IMG/VR virus record: IMGVR_UViG_3300021255_004486
DNA length: 43,247 nucleotides
From: an uncultured virus (IMG/VR IMGVR_UViG_3300021255_004486)
Taxonomy: Duplodnaviria > Heunggongvirae > Uroviricota > Caudoviricetes
Strand: one strand, 5' to 3'
A program made the position numbers and the translations under genes. Shown one piece after another: positions 9,771 through 20,007 of the stretch (position 1 is its first letter; every line of letters begins with the position of its first letter). Below the pieces are notes generated by a model, which saw only the letters and a program-made list of their open reading frames with translations, was not told the DNA's origin and made no database searches.

Positions 9771-10007
9771 ATGGCTAAAACATACAGAGAAAAGGGCCTC
9801 ACATTCGGAGACGAGGTTATTTACAAAAACAGACGGTGCGTGGTACTTGAGGCATTCTCAGACGGAAAGATCGACAGATATCACATATACGGCCCCGAGA
9901 CCGGCGTATATACCGCATTTGATGACGAAGTAAGAAAGATAGGACATTTGGCGGAAGCTGATAAGTTGCGCAAGGCTCTATCAACACCAATGGAGAAGAC
10001 GGCATGA
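9771..10007 (+). CDS. hypothetical protein
   Basis: RBS; preceded by half motif TCTTACACACTTTATAT. Confidence 0.6.
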   Translation: MAKTYREKGLTFGDEVIYKNRRCVVLEAFSDGKIDRYHIYGPETGVYTAFDDEVRKIGHLAEADKLRKALSTPMEKTA

Positions 10008-10279
10008 AGGTACTTATAGCACTCGCTGTTGTGGTTATAGCCATAGCAGTCACCAAATCAATCATCAATATCGTTGCTGAGACCGACTTTTCAATCGAGG
10101 AAGAATAGATGGAACATGTTGTAGACATCCACGGTAAATATGCACTTGGAGATACTGGTATGTATGAAATACTCTGCGATATCCAGGCAGAAGATGGGAC
10201 TGTCACTCAGAATGCCATACGGATAGTCTCTGAGAATGATATAGCAAAGTGGATCAAGAAAAGAAGAGAAGTATAGCAA

Positions 10280-10702
10280 ATGGGAATTACCTTGCATGCA
10301 AACAATTCCACATATTCCTTTGATATGGGCGCAGGCTCATTTTTTCATTTAAGGGCCAATATCGCCAAAGTTTGGGATAAGCAGTTTGGCGAGCACTACG
10401 AGAAGCTACTAAACTGTCACAGCAAAGAGGAATACGATGATCACGACCGGATATCGGATGAGATCCTGTCACATCCACGCTTTAGTGAAGACGATGTGGA
10501 TATCGTAGACTTTCTCTACGCATCCGATATTGACGGCAAGATCGGATATAAGACATGCGGAAAGATATATAACCTCATAAAAGACGTAGATTTCGGCAAG
10601 AAATGTATCCGATACGCAGCATATTCACACAATGATTGGGAAGAGTTCAAGGAATTCCTTAAAGAGTGCTATTCCCACAGGAGAACCGCAAGATGGGAAT
10701 AA
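10280..10702 (+). CDS. phage-like hypothetical protein
   Basis: 140-aa ORF, FLYASDIDGKI pattern. Confidence 0.65.
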   Translation: MGITLHANNSTYSFDMGAGSFFHLRANIAKVWDKQFGEHYEKLLNCHSKEEYDDHDRISDEILSHPRFSEDDVDIVDFLYASDIDGKIGYKTCGKIYNLIKDVDFGKKCIRYAAYSHNDWEEFKEFLKECYSHRRTARWE

Positions 10703-12042
10703 TAAGGAATAAACTGATCAAAAAGAAGGATATTTCGCTAAAAGACACACTTATTGTTATCTTAATATTATCTGTCATCACTACCGGAGCCTTATTCTAT
10801 ACTACTTTTAAGACATTTACAGCTTTCGATTCATTGTCAACCGCCACAGATAAGTTTATAAAGCTGCAAGAGACCGCAAATCTGCTGTTGCAGGCATCTG
10901 ACTATCTGACAGAGGAATCACAATGCTACTCGGTAAGCGGAGACAGAAGGCATTTGGATAACTATATCGCCGAGTCAGAGGTATATAAGAACAGAGAAAA
11001 GGCCATAGAGACGATGGAAGAGGTCTTACCCGACTCTGATGCCTTACGTGACTTAAATAAGGCAATGGAAAAGTCCATAAAATTGATGGATAAAGAGTAT
11101 CACTCTATGAGACTGGTTCTTTCCGCATATTCCGATCCCAATATTCCAAAGGCTGTCGAGCAGATCACACTCACTCCCGAAGAAAACCGCATGTCTACAA
11201 TAGATAAGCTGACATTAGCCCGGGATTTAGTCCATAACGATGATTATTATGACCAAAAGAATCTCATCTATGCAGACCTTGAAGAGTGCGTTACAAGCCT
11301 AAAAGATGAAAATTACGTTGTACAGAAAAAATATGAGAGTAAGCTAAGAGAAGTTCTCGTATGGACGTGCGCGCTCATAATCCTCGAATCACTGCTCTTG
11401 ATCACCCTGTTCGTATTTACTATCAAACTTGGCATTAAACCGCTCTTATCAGCCGTAAACAACATCAAAAAAGATGAAAAGATACCGATAGAGGGTGCGC
11501 GAGAGTTTAAGTACCTGGCAAAGACATACAATCAGATGTATGAGGCTGCAAAGGACAATATCCAAAAGCTCTCATTTAAGGCATCTCACGATGAACTTAC
11601 AGGACTTTATAACCGTTCCGGCTTTGATTTTATCATTACGCAGATGCATCCCGAGAATATCGCATTCATCCTCGTAGATACCGATAATTTCAAGGAAGTA
11701 AATGACACATACGGACATGACATGGGAGACAAAGTGCTTAAGAAGATAGCAACTGTCCTCCTTAATAACTTCCGCCCCGAGGATCACATATTCAGAATAG
11801 GCGGTGATGAGTTCGTAGTCCTTATGTCGAACCCGAATAACGCCAAAAACATCATAAGAAGCAAGGTTGAACAGATAAATGCAGCCTTATCAGACGATTC
11901 TGACGGCATTACAAAGACATCTATAAGTGTAGGCATCGCATTCTACAGTAAGGACGATACTTACGAGGAACTGTATCAGAAAGCAGATGAGGCATTATAC
12001 CGGGTAAAAGGTAACGGACGACACGGTTGTGAATTCTATTGA
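10693..12042 (+). CDS. membrane-bound diguanylate cyclase (2 TM, extracellular sensor, GGDEF)
   Basis: DELTGLYNR, DNFKEVNDTYGHDMGD, RIGGDEF, ADEALY. Confidence 0.93.
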   Translation: MGIIRNKLIKKKDISLKDTLIVILILSVITTGALFYTTFKTFTAFDSLSTATDKFIKLQETANLLLQASDYLTEESQCYSVSGDRRHLDNYIAESEVYKNREKAIETMEEVLPDSDALRDLNKAMEKSIKLMDKEYHSMRLVLSAYSDPNIPKAVEQITLTPEENRMSTIDKLTLARDLVHNDDYYDQKNLIYADLEECVTSLKDENYVVQKKYESKLREVLVWTCALIILESLLLITLFVFTIKLGIKPLLSAVNNIKKDEKIPIEGAREFKYLAKTYNQMYEAAKDNIQKLSFKASHDELTGLYNRSGFDFIITQMHPENIAFILVDTDNFKEVNDTYGHDMGDKVLKKIATVLLNNFRPEDHIFRIGGDEFVVLMSNPNNAKNIIRSKVEQINAALSDDSDGITKTSISVGIAFYSKDDTYEELYQKADEALYRVKGNGRHGCEFY

Positions 12043-12108
12043 GGTCTTTTAGATTATGATACAATAGGCATAAGATGCCAAAATACCATCGTTGGCCGAG
12101 TTGGAGAT

Positions 12109-12543
12109 ATGTCTAAACAAAATAAAGAAAAAACAAAAGAGATGCCATTAGAGATATATCGCTGTTTGTATGAATATAAGACAGCAGATATGTTTCGGTC
12201 GGAAATGTCGCACATGTATAAGCGAATGGAGGCTCGTGAGTTCATTGAGACCATCCTTCGTTACGACATGGTACGAAACCTTTGGGCTCAGAACAAATTC
12301 TATTGCGCACTCTTTACTTTGGCATATCTTGATTATGTCTCGGAAGATATTGGACTGGGGCTATTCCCTGTATACGAAAAATACAGGAGTCAAAAGCTCG
12401 ACCATCTTGCCATACCAGGCGATATCATGCTTAAAAGCAAACTTGGCTTGGAAAACGCAATAGAAGACGCAGTTAACGAATGCAAGAACGATCCGTTGGG
12501 CAGATATTTTTATAGATTCAATATCCTATACAAAGAGGAATGA
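12109..12543 (+). CDS. putative partner/antitoxin of downstream nucleotidyltransferase
   Basis: Directly upstream of DUF6036-like gene; LAYLDY...YRSQKL...FNI pattern. Confidence 0.5.
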   Translation: MSKQNKEKTKEMPLEIYRCLYEYKTADMFRSEMSHMYKRMEAREFIETILRYDMVRNLWAQNKFYCALFTLAYLDYVSEDIGLGLFPVYEKYRSQKLDHLAIPGDIMLKSKLGLENAIEDAVNECKNDPLGRYFYRFNILYKEE

Positions 12544-12546
12544 GAT

Positions 12547-13155
12547 ATGGCTGACGCATTCACAAGAAAAGACATAGATCACATGTTATTCCTGGTCGCA
12601 AAAGAATATAAAAAGATGAACAGGCACAATCCAGAAGCGGAGCTGATTCTGGTTGGCGGTTCTTCAGTCATATTAAACTACAATTTTAGAGATGTGACCA
12701 CCGATATTGACACTGTATTTGAGACAACAAGTACCATAAAGGAAATCGTCAGCAGACTTGCTCGTGAAAACGGGTTATCCGATAGATGGCTAAACGATGA
12801 TTTTCGGAAAACCGACTCATTTAGCCAAAAGCTTGCAGAACACAGTAAATTCTACAAGCGATTCTATGATTGCCTCTCAGTGAGAACGGTAGCCGACGAA
12901 TATCTTATCGCTATGAAACTGTGCTCCTCCAGGGATTATAAGCACGACCAATCAGATATTGTGGGCATAATCAAAGAGAGTTACGAGCGGGGATATGAAC
13001 TTTCCACAGAAAAGATAGAAAGGGCATATCAAGACCTCTATGATGCGCCTATTTCCGATAAAACAAGAGCCTTTTTGGATAAAGTGTTCTCGTCGGACAA
13101 CCTGGAAGAACTGTTCTATTCCATATTTGAGGAGAAGAATCCATTTTCCCAATAA
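12547..13155 (+). CDS. DUF6036/AbiEii-like nucleotidyltransferase
   Basis: LILVGGS...TTDID; WLNDD; YLIAMKL..R.YKHD.SDI. Confidence 0.75.
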   Translation: MADAFTRKDIDHMLFLVAKEYKKMNRHNPEAELILVGGSSVILNYNFRDVTTDIDTVFETTSTIKEIVSRLARENGLSDRWLNDDFRKTDSFSQKLAEHSKFYKRFYDCLSVRTVADEYLIAMKLCSSRDYKHDQSDIVGIIKESYERGYELSTEKIERAYQDLYDAPISDKTRAFLDKVFSSDNLEELFYSIFEEKNPFSQ

Positions 13156-13160
13156 ATCTT

Positions 13161-13207
13161 CGTATACAGAATATATACGAAATTCAATAATCTTCCATAC
13201 TTATATA
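13161..13207 (+). promoter_or_regulatory. bipartite promoter-like motif copy upstream of dut
   Basis: GTATACAGAATA...TCTTCCATACTTATAT, 29-nt offset. Confidence 0.6.
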
Positions 13208-13235
13208 AATAACAACACGAAAGGAAGGTTTATTT

Positions 13236-13676
13236 ATGAACGTACAGATCAAGAAAGTATCACAGACAGCAACAATTCCAACAAGAGGCTCTGACGGCGC
13301 AGCCGGATATGACCTCTATGCGGATATCCCCGAGGGCGCGGTAGTTGTAAACCCCGGTGAAACCGCTAAGATATCAAGCGGCGTTGCAATGAATATCCCG
13401 CACGGATACTTCGGTGGAATATATGCTCGAAGCGGGCTGTCCATAAAGAATGGACTGCGTCCTGCAAACTGCACAGGTGTGATCGACGAGGACTACACCG
13501 GGACTATCATCGTAGCGCTTCACAATGATTCAGATGCGCCATACACCGTAGAGCATGGAATGCGCATCGCACAGATCATCTTCCAGAGATACGAGGCTGT
13601 GGACTTTAACATAGTCGAAGAGCTTGACGAGACCGAGCGAGGTTCGGGCGGGTTTGGCAGCACAGGAATAAAATAA
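13236..13676 (+). CDS. dut: trimeric dUTPase
   Basis: All five motifs: AGYDL, ARSGL, GVIDEDYTG, RIAQ, RGSGGFGSTG. Confidence 0.97.
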   Translation: MNVQIKKVSQTATIPTRGSDGAAGYDLYADIPEGAVVVNPGETAKISSGVAMNIPHGYFGGIYARSGLSIKNGLRPANCTGVIDEDYTGTIIVALHNDSDAPYTVEHGMRIAQIIFQRYEAVDFNIVEELDETERGSGGFGSTGIK

Positions 13677-13686
13677 GATCAAAGGA

Positions 13687-13713
13687 GCCGGGGTTACAAG
13701 CCCCGGTTTTCTT
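13687..13713 (+). terminator. rho-independent terminator
   Basis: GCCGGGGTT-ACA-AGCCCCGGT followed by T-rich tail. Confidence 0.8.
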
Positions 13714-13816
13714 ATGTCTAAACTCTCATACTTACTATAGGGGTGAAACAACTGTTCACGGTGAACATTAAATATCGTCACTTTTACAGGCCTTTTCAAT
13801 CCTTTACCATTAAATC

Positions 13817-14686
13817 ATGGAAAGCGGTATGACAGAGTTTAAGGACATAATCAATCGAATAGACGTATATTATCACGAGCAGGGCTATACCAATAATAGC
13901 ATTGCAGAGGGAATCGGCATTGATAAGCGTACTTGGCAAAACTGGAAGAGCGGGAAAAGGCTGCCCGACAAGACCAATCTCGCAGGGTTATGCGACTTCC
14001 TAAACGCTACAGGCGGTTCAAGGTTTGTCAGCCTGCTTAATGGACTTCCGGTAGTGTATGAACGCACATCTGAGCCTATGACCGGTGAGTTCCCGCCAGG
14101 GATTTGTGAAGAAGACAAGAACATGCTTATAGATGCCTTCTTTACTCCCGCAGAGCTTCAGTTTACCTGTGCGATGACAGTCTTTCAGAACAGAGCGCAA
14201 GCCGTTGAATATGTAATGCCCGGAGAACAGATATTTAAGAAAGGCGCATTCATATCGAATTGGCAGTCCGCAATGGATAGGATGCGTAAGATATTTGGCA
14301 TGAACGATATCTATGAGGTAGAAAGCCTTATCATCAGTAACCTTGGCGAGTGTCAGATGCCAAAGAAGAAGGAGAATATCGAGGCAATCGGGCCCAAAGC
14401 CTTGATAAATCTCATCAATGGTTTTCTGTACACGACTTCTGATAAATGTGAGTCAAGAACACCACTTCTTAATGTCTATCAGATCGCCCAGGAGATAGAC
14501 GGTGAGACTGAATTAACGGAAGAAGAGTATAAAAACCTCGTAGATAACGGATATTTCGATGAAAACACGCCATTTGGACGGTTCACGAACGTGATACTGA
14601 GCATAAAGAGCGATAAATCCATTAAACTCTCAACTACCAACGAAACCCATAAGTTTATTGAATGGTGTAGGAGGATGAAGTTATGA
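13817..14686 (+). CDS. XRE-family HTH domain protein
   Basis: N-terminal SIAEGIGIDKRTWQNWKSGKRLP. Confidence 0.75.
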   Translation: MESGMTEFKDIINRIDVYYHEQGYTNNSIAEGIGIDKRTWQNWKSGKRLPDKTNLAGLCDFLNATGGSRFVSLLNGLPVVYERTSEPMTGEFPPGICEEDKNMLIDAFFTPAELQFTCAMTVFQNRAQAVEYVMPGEQIFKKGAFISNWQSAMDRMRKIFGMNDIYEVESLIISNLGECQMPKKKENIEAIGPKALINLINGFLYTTSDKCESRTPLLNVYQIAQEIDGETELTEEEYKNLVDNGYFDENTPFGRFTNVILSIKSDKSIKLSTTNETHKFIEWCRRMKL

Positions 14687-15951
14687 AGATAATAGAGCAT
14701 TTATTCGGGACAAAGAAGAAAAATACGTGTACAGAGAATGCAAAGCCAAAAGAGAATGACATTGCGCTTGGGGAGAATATGACCTGTCCGCAGGATATGA
14801 ATGTTTTGGTAATCGGTTCATCCGGTTCGGGTAAGGGCCCGTGCTTCATAAATCCAAACATTAAGAGATTGTCCAATAAGAAGAATACGAGCGCAGTGAT
14901 CGTTGATCCGAATGGAGAGCTGTGGAGAGAAAACCACAAAGCCCTTGAAGAGGCGGGTTATAGCGTGGAATACTTTAATATCGACGATACTGACAATTCC
15001 GGGCACTTTAACCCATTAAACTATATGTTTAACGAAGAGAAAGCCTCTCAGATTGCTGATACTTTCATTTCGTGCACAGACAGCGGTATGGACGATCCAT
15101 TCTGGCAGAATGCAAGTAAGCAGCTTATGCGCGCCTTAATCCTTTATATGTGCGCCAATGACAATTACACCGGGCGTAACAATATCGAGACACTTATTGA
15201 GCACGCAAGCTCTCTTACCAGTATAAGAGAGGGGATTCTTAAGGATTTCTACGACAAAGCCACTGAACAAGGAGGATACCCGCTGTTTGTAAAAACTTAC
15301 GATGCGCTTTCGCTTCTCCCCGAGAAAACGCTTAAATCCAGTATTGCATCCTTAAATGTCATACTTTCAGCTTATGCCACAAAACAGTTCCTTAAGATGA
15401 CAAGAACAGACGGGATAAAGGTGTATACCCTGTTTAACACACCGACCGTCGTGTTTATAGGCGTTCCACTTTATGATACGAGCTATACATTCCTGTATAA
15501 GATACTCGTAAATGAATGCCAGAATGAGATGCTTAAGCGAAGCAGTGAAGCAAAACAGCCATACAGAGTCGAATTTTACTTCCCCGAATGTGAGAGCGCC
15601 GGCTATATAGACTTAGTCAATGTCGCCAAAAGGAATGGGATGACATTCTGTGCAGCGTTTAAGAGCATCGACCAGTTAAAGCACTTGTATGGGGATAACT
15701 GGGAGAATATCCTGGCAGGTTTTGATGCCATCGTCTTTATGGGCACCGGACGTGATTCAGACATCGCATACATATCGAAGCTATGCGGAACAAAGACCAC
15801 CATAAAAGCCCCGGGAGGCAAGGTAGATGCCTCATCACCCATGACAAAAGAGCCTGTCTTATCAGAAGATGAGATCAGATGGCTATCAATCGATAAGGAA
15901 GTCGTTCTTGTAAAAGGACAAGCCCCCGTTATAGTCAATAAGTTATCATAA
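14683..15951 (+). CDS. degenerate VirD4/TraG-like type IV coupling protein
   Basis: NVLVIGSSGSGKG, VDPNGEL, HFNPL, DPFW, QLKHLYGDNWENI, YISKLCGTKT; Walker B replaced by FYFPE; no TM. Confidence 0.8.
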   Translation: MKIIEHLFGTKKKNTCTENAKPKENDIALGENMTCPQDMNVLVIGSSGSGKGPCFINPNIKRLSNKKNTSAVIVDPNGELWRENHKALEEAGYSVEYFNIDDTDNSGHFNPLNYMFNEEKASQIADTFISCTDSGMDDPFWQNASKQLMRALILYMCANDNYTGRNNIETLIEHASSLTSIREGILKDFYDKATEQGGYPLFVKTYDALSLLPEKTLKSSIASLNVILSAYATKQFLKMTRTDGIKVYTLFNTPTVVFIGVPLYDTSYTFLYKILVNECQNEMLKRSSEAKQPYRVEFYFPECESAGYIDLVNVAKRNGMTFCAAFKSIDQLKHLYGDNWENILAGFDAIVFMGTGRDSDIAYISKLCGTKTTIKAPGGKVDASSPMTKEPVLSEDEIRWLSIDKEVVLVKGQAPVIVNKLS

Positions 15952-16052
15952 TCACGTAGAAAGGCCAGGTTTAATGACGGAGTGAGTTTTCTATTTTTCT
16001 CTATTTTATGCATACTTATAGTAAACATTGCATAAAAAGGAGGAATGCGAAA

Positions 16053-16430
16053 ATGAGTACACGAGCAATAATTGCCCTTCCGACCACCAAAGGATTCATT
16101 ACGTCATGGTGTTGGAATGATGGTAATCCGAGCAACCTTGGTCGTGAGCTACGAGAATACTTTAAGGACGAACGTGACGTAAGACAATTATTAAGTCTTC
16201 ATAGTTTCTCGTCAATTTGGGGGCCTCGGACAATTAACGAAGTTATGTCCGACGGAGATACGGCTGTTGTGTTAAGTAACTTAAGATTCGTTCTTATGCA
16301 TCCCCACAACGGGAAGGTAGTAGCCGGCAAGGGAAAGCACGGATACTTCAGAACTCTTGAGGAAATGCTCGGGCAGGATCTGAACTATGTGTATGTCTTT
16401 GAAGACGGAAAGTGGAAGACATACAAATGA
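16053..16430 (+). CDS. phage-like hypothetical protein
   Basis: MSTRAII...DGNP...YVYVFEDGKW pattern; AGGAGG RBS. Confidence 0.7.
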   Translation: MSTRAIIALPTTKGFITSWCWNDGNPSNLGRELREYFKDERDVRQLLSLHSFSSIWGPRTINEVMSDGDTAVVLSNLRFVLMHPHNGKVVAGKGKHGYFRTLEEMLGQDLNYVYVFEDGKWKTYK

Positions 16431-16447
16431 TATTCAGTGAATCGCAA

Positions 16448-16481
16448 AATGCTCTCAACTTCGGTTGGGAGCATTATTTTT
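16448..16481 (+). terminator. rho-independent terminator
   Basis: AATGCTCTCAAC-TTCG-GTTGGGAGCATT + ATTTTT. Confidence 0.85.
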
Positions 16482-16570
16482 GCCCAATAAATCCGCAAAA
16501 CATAAGAAAAGAGTCGATTTTGATAATCAGCTCTTAATTTAATGGCATTGGTTCAACGCCTGGCCTTTTT

Positions 16571-16617
16571 CGTATACAGAAAACCTCTGAAATGCCTTAA
16601 ACTTCCATACTTATTGT
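16571..16617 (+). promoter_or_regulatory. bipartite promoter-like motif copy
   Basis: GTATACAGAAAA...ACTTCCATACTTATT, 29-nt offset. Confidence 0.6.
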
Positions 16618-16652
16618 AAACGGTTAACAACTCATTAAGGAGGTAGATAGAC

Positions 16653-17903
16653 ATGAGACGCGGTTGGATAGAAAAGAGAATTAACTTTACCAAGGAGGAG
16701 AGAGAAGCTGTACTTAATAAGACAGACTGCAAATGTGCCAGATGCGGTATGGCGCTTGACACAGAGACATTGACAATAGATCACTTTATCCCGCTTTCAA
16801 AAGGCGGTTCTAACATGGCATCAAACTTGATCCCGCTCTGCGAAGAGTGCAATCAGATCAAGGATAATGCAGTTATGCACCCGAGAGACTATATCAAATA
16901 TCTCAAGGATACCCATAAAAAAGAAATAGAGAGTCTCTATAACTGGTATTGTGAGGATTATAAGTGGTATGACCGAAATAATTACACCATAGAAGACCGA
17001 ATGATCATACCATATCCTATATACCTTCAGTCATCCAGGAGTCATAAGAAAAAAGAGAATCGTCCGGTTCTATACGTTGGGAATGCGATACTCGAAAAGC
17101 TCGACTACAGCATGCTCGACGAGGCGTATGAATTTACTTTAAGGTATATGAAGCGGCTTAAGCTGAACACGAGTAATCTCAAAAACACGATGAGCGACAT
17201 TTTCGCTCGCGGATGCATCTATCGAATAAGGAATAATAGTGGACTCATAGCCGTTATTCCCATACAGATCGACAAGACAGACGATTATAAAAAGCCATTC
17301 TATTTCTACAGCTTTGCCGGGATTCCGATACTCTACAATAAGCCCGAGTATAGATCAATCGTGCGTAAAGCCCTCGTATACATCTTAGGCAACCTGTCAA
17401 GGCTTGCATCAAACCACACCGCTGCTTACAGATTTGCAGTCCCCGAAGAAGATCTGTTTCTCTTAAAGACGGTAATACCCTTTGCTGACACGTTCTACCA
17501 CAACAGCAATGAAAACTGGTTGGATGTCGTTGGACATTACACGTTTGACACACTCAATGAATTAGAGATCAATGGACACTTTAGAGACAAAGAAAAAGAT
17601 GAAAAAGGCGAATACAACACCTTTCTCTCAAAAATGGCAAAAAGAGAGGATGCATTCATCTCGGCAGCACTTGAGAATTCCCCGATATTAGAGAGGCTCT
17701 TTGATCTTCCTCCAATAAACAAAGAGGAAAACAACTTCGATATAAGAAAACGCGGAACCGTAGATGAGAAGAAGGCCACAAGGCAGTATCGGAAGAAGCA
17801 GAGATTGCCGGAGAGTATGGTCAAATCAAATAAACAGTACAAACGTACCAAATCAGAGCTTAAATACGGCGACGAAGAGTACGACATAAGGAACTATATC
17901 TGA
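16653..17903 (+). CDS. HNH endonuclease domain protein with long C-terminal extension
   Basis: CARCG...IDHFIPLSKGGSN...NL..LCEECNQIK. Confidence 0.88.
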   Translation: MRRGWIEKRINFTKEEREAVLNKTDCKCARCGMALDTETLTIDHFIPLSKGGSNMASNLIPLCEECNQIKDNAVMHPRDYIKYLKDTHKKEIESLYNWYCEDYKWYDRNNYTIEDRMIIPYPIYLQSSRSHKKKENRPVLYVGNAILEKLDYSMLDEAYEFTLRYMKRLKLNTSNLKNTMSDIFARGCIYRIRNNSGLIAVIPIQIDKTDDYKKPFYFYSFAGIPILYNKPEYRSIVRKALVYILGNLSRLASNHTAAYRFAVPEEDLFLLKTVIPFADTFYHNSNENWLDVVGHYTFDTLNELEINGHFRDKEKDEKGEYNTFLSKMAKREDAFISAALENSPILERLFDLPPINKEENNFDIRKRGTVDEKKATRQYRKKQRLPESMVKSNKQYKRTKSELKYGDEEYDIRNYI

Positions 17904-17911
17904 TACACGTT

Positions 17912-17945
17912 AAAAGGCACCGGTTAATCCCGATGCCTTTTATTT
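17912..17945 (+). terminator. rho-independent terminator
   Basis: AAAAGGCA.CGG...CCG.TGCCTTTT + ATTT. Confidence 0.7.
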
Positions 17946-18243
17946 GATGTTCGAGTGAACTCTTAACCAAAAATCATTATGTACATTTTTCGCTCATGAA
18001 CCTAAATCTAATAATTTAGTTTAGTGGGAATTATGTACATTTTTTCTCATTTTCAAGAAAAATTTTTTTTGGTTTTGAATCGAACCGGGTATCCTTTGTG
18101 ATTTGCCCTTAATCTATACGCTTTCTCAACCCTACATACTAAATATGGTAGATAGCGAGGTCAAAATTGTCAAATCGTGTACACAATTATTTTCCATCTA
18201 AATCATACATATTTAATATAGACGCGCAAATCGAGGTATTTGT

Positions 18244-18534
18244 ATGAGCAACAACTCTCTTATACAGGAATTACATAATTCTCTTAACTCGGGTAACACT
18301 ACTCCACACAACTACAGGTTTAACAATAAAACAGGCGTTGTGGAGGATATGTGCGACACGTTAACCATAAAATCCAAGGATATCACAGATTATTTTACCG
18401 CCGAGGCAACGCTTTACTGGGCGGCGGCAAGATCTTCAACGACTAAAGCCGGCAGGCGCGAATACGAAAACAAGGCAAGATACAGCGAGATAGCAGCGGA
18501 AGCAATAAGGAGGTTCACAGATAATCGTGAATAA
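18244..18534 (+). CDS. hypothetical protein
   Basis: GAGGT RBS; overlaps serpin start. Confidence 0.65.
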   Translation: MSNNSLIQELHNSLNSGNTTPHNYRFNNKTGVVEDMCDTLTIKSKDITDYFTAEATLYWAAARSSTTKAGRREYENKARYSEIAAEAIRRFTDNRE

Positions 18535-19717
18535 GAAGATAGCAGAAAAGATAGAAGAATTCATCGTTAAGCATGTAATCGCACTAAGTATTGGTGTTCT
18601 ATCCGCAACAATCTTAGTCACTACACTTTACGGAATCTCTCTATATCTCCAGAACAAGGAAATAATGGAGGAAGAAGCTGCGAAAACAGAAATATATGAT
18701 GCACAGACTACACCGATCGGCAAAAACGTAAACACATACATCCACGCACTGCTTGATTCAACCGATGACAACATTGTCTTTTCCCCGGAGAGTATGAATG
18801 CAGCCTTGGATATCTACTCGGAGCTCCTTGTTGATGAAGATAAATCCCTGTACACGGAATTTATAAGTAACAGAGATTACACACGATATAACAGCGCAAG
18901 CGGACTTGAACTCGTAAATCGCGTTTGGATCAACAAGAACGCGGACATCCATATCGGCAAGGATATAGACATCTATAAAAAGGGATATATCAAGATGCTT
19001 GATATGAAGAACTCAAGTAAAGCCACCAAGATAAAGGACGACTACGTATCCGAACATACACACGGATTTATCACATCCACACCAACCGTATTTAATAACG
19101 AAACCATATTTGACGTTATGAGCGTCGCTTACTTTAAGGATATATGGAAAGCCTCTGGTGGATTTAATGAAAAAACCATCAATTTTAAGAATGAAGATGG
19201 CTCCATAGTAGAAACTGATGGATTCTATACAACGCGAGCCTGGTATATAGAGACAGACCAGGGTGTGTCTACGGAGATCCCATATCAAAACGGCTTCACA
19301 TTTGGCGTGATACTCCCATACGACGATGTAGAACTTAAAGATGTAGACATCACAGCCTTTATCGATAAGGAAAACACGATCGAAAGAGAAGCGTATGTAG
19401 AGATACCCGAGTTCGAAGTTGAGAATACGCACAAATCCCTGCTGAATTCATTAGGTCTTAAACCGGGCAAGATCCGTGAAGACATTACCAAAGAGGGCGG
19501 AAGCACAAATGTATCACAGGTTGCAAAAATCGTCGTAGACAGAACCGGCACCGAAGCCGCAGCGGTAAGCGAGGCACATTTCACGGTTGGATGTGTATAT
19601 ATCCCCGAAGATAAGGATGAGCCGGTCAGAATTATCTGCGACAGGCCATTTGCTTTCTATATATATGACACAGTCAACAATGACGTAGCATTCATTGGAG
19701 CAATAAGGAACTTTTAG
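18527..19717 (+). CDS. membrane-anchored serpin (serine protease inhibitor)
   Basis: NIVFSP, YFKDIW, IPEFEVE, hinge GTEAAAVS, DRPFAFYI...FIGAIRN; N-terminal TM. Confidence 0.9.
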   Translation: MNKKIAEKIEEFIVKHVIALSIGVLSATILVTTLYGISLYLQNKEIMEEEAAKTEIYDAQTTPIGKNVNTYIHALLDSTDDNIVFSPESMNAALDIYSELLVDEDKSLYTEFISNRDYTRYNSASGLELVNRVWINKNADIHIGKDIDIYKKGYIKMLDMKNSSKATKIKDDYVSEHTHGFITSTPTVFNNETIFDVMSVAYFKDIWKASGGFNEKTINFKNEDGSIVETDGFYTTRAWYIETDQGVSTEIPYQNGFTFGVILPYDDVELKDVDITAFIDKENTIEREAYVEIPEFEVENTHKSLLNSLGLKPGKIREDITKEGGSTNVSQVAKIVVDRTGTEAAAVSEAHFTVGCVYIPEDKDEPVRIICDRPFAFYIYDTVNNDVAFIGAIRNF

Positions 19718-19728
19718 GAGGAATAACT

Positions 19729-20007
19729 ATGAACGAAGAGATCATGACAGAAAACACTGATGAAGCAGCAGAGGAGGCAAGCCGCCCCGGAGAGAGTAAG
19801 CAGGAGAAGTTCTTGCGCCTTGCCCCACCAAGGATCAATAAAGTGCTTCATAGTATCGAGTCTTTAGGTAAGCTCTCGGGTTCATCGTATGAATACACCC
19901 CGGAGCAGATCGAGAAGATGCTCGGAGCAATAGATAAAGCCGTCGAAGACTTGCGCGGAAAATTCGTAAAATCCAAGGCAAAGGAAGACGAGCCGTTTTC
20001 ATTTTAA
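19729..20007 (+). CDS. conserved hypothetical protein
   Basis: KFLRLA..RINKVL...LGKLS...YEYTPEQIEKM pattern; AGGAGG RBS. Confidence 0.75.
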   Translation: MNEEIMTENTDEAAEEASRPGESKQEKFLRLAPPRINKVLHSIESLGKLSGSSYEYTPEQIEKMLGAIDKAVEDLRGKFVKSKAKEDEPFSF

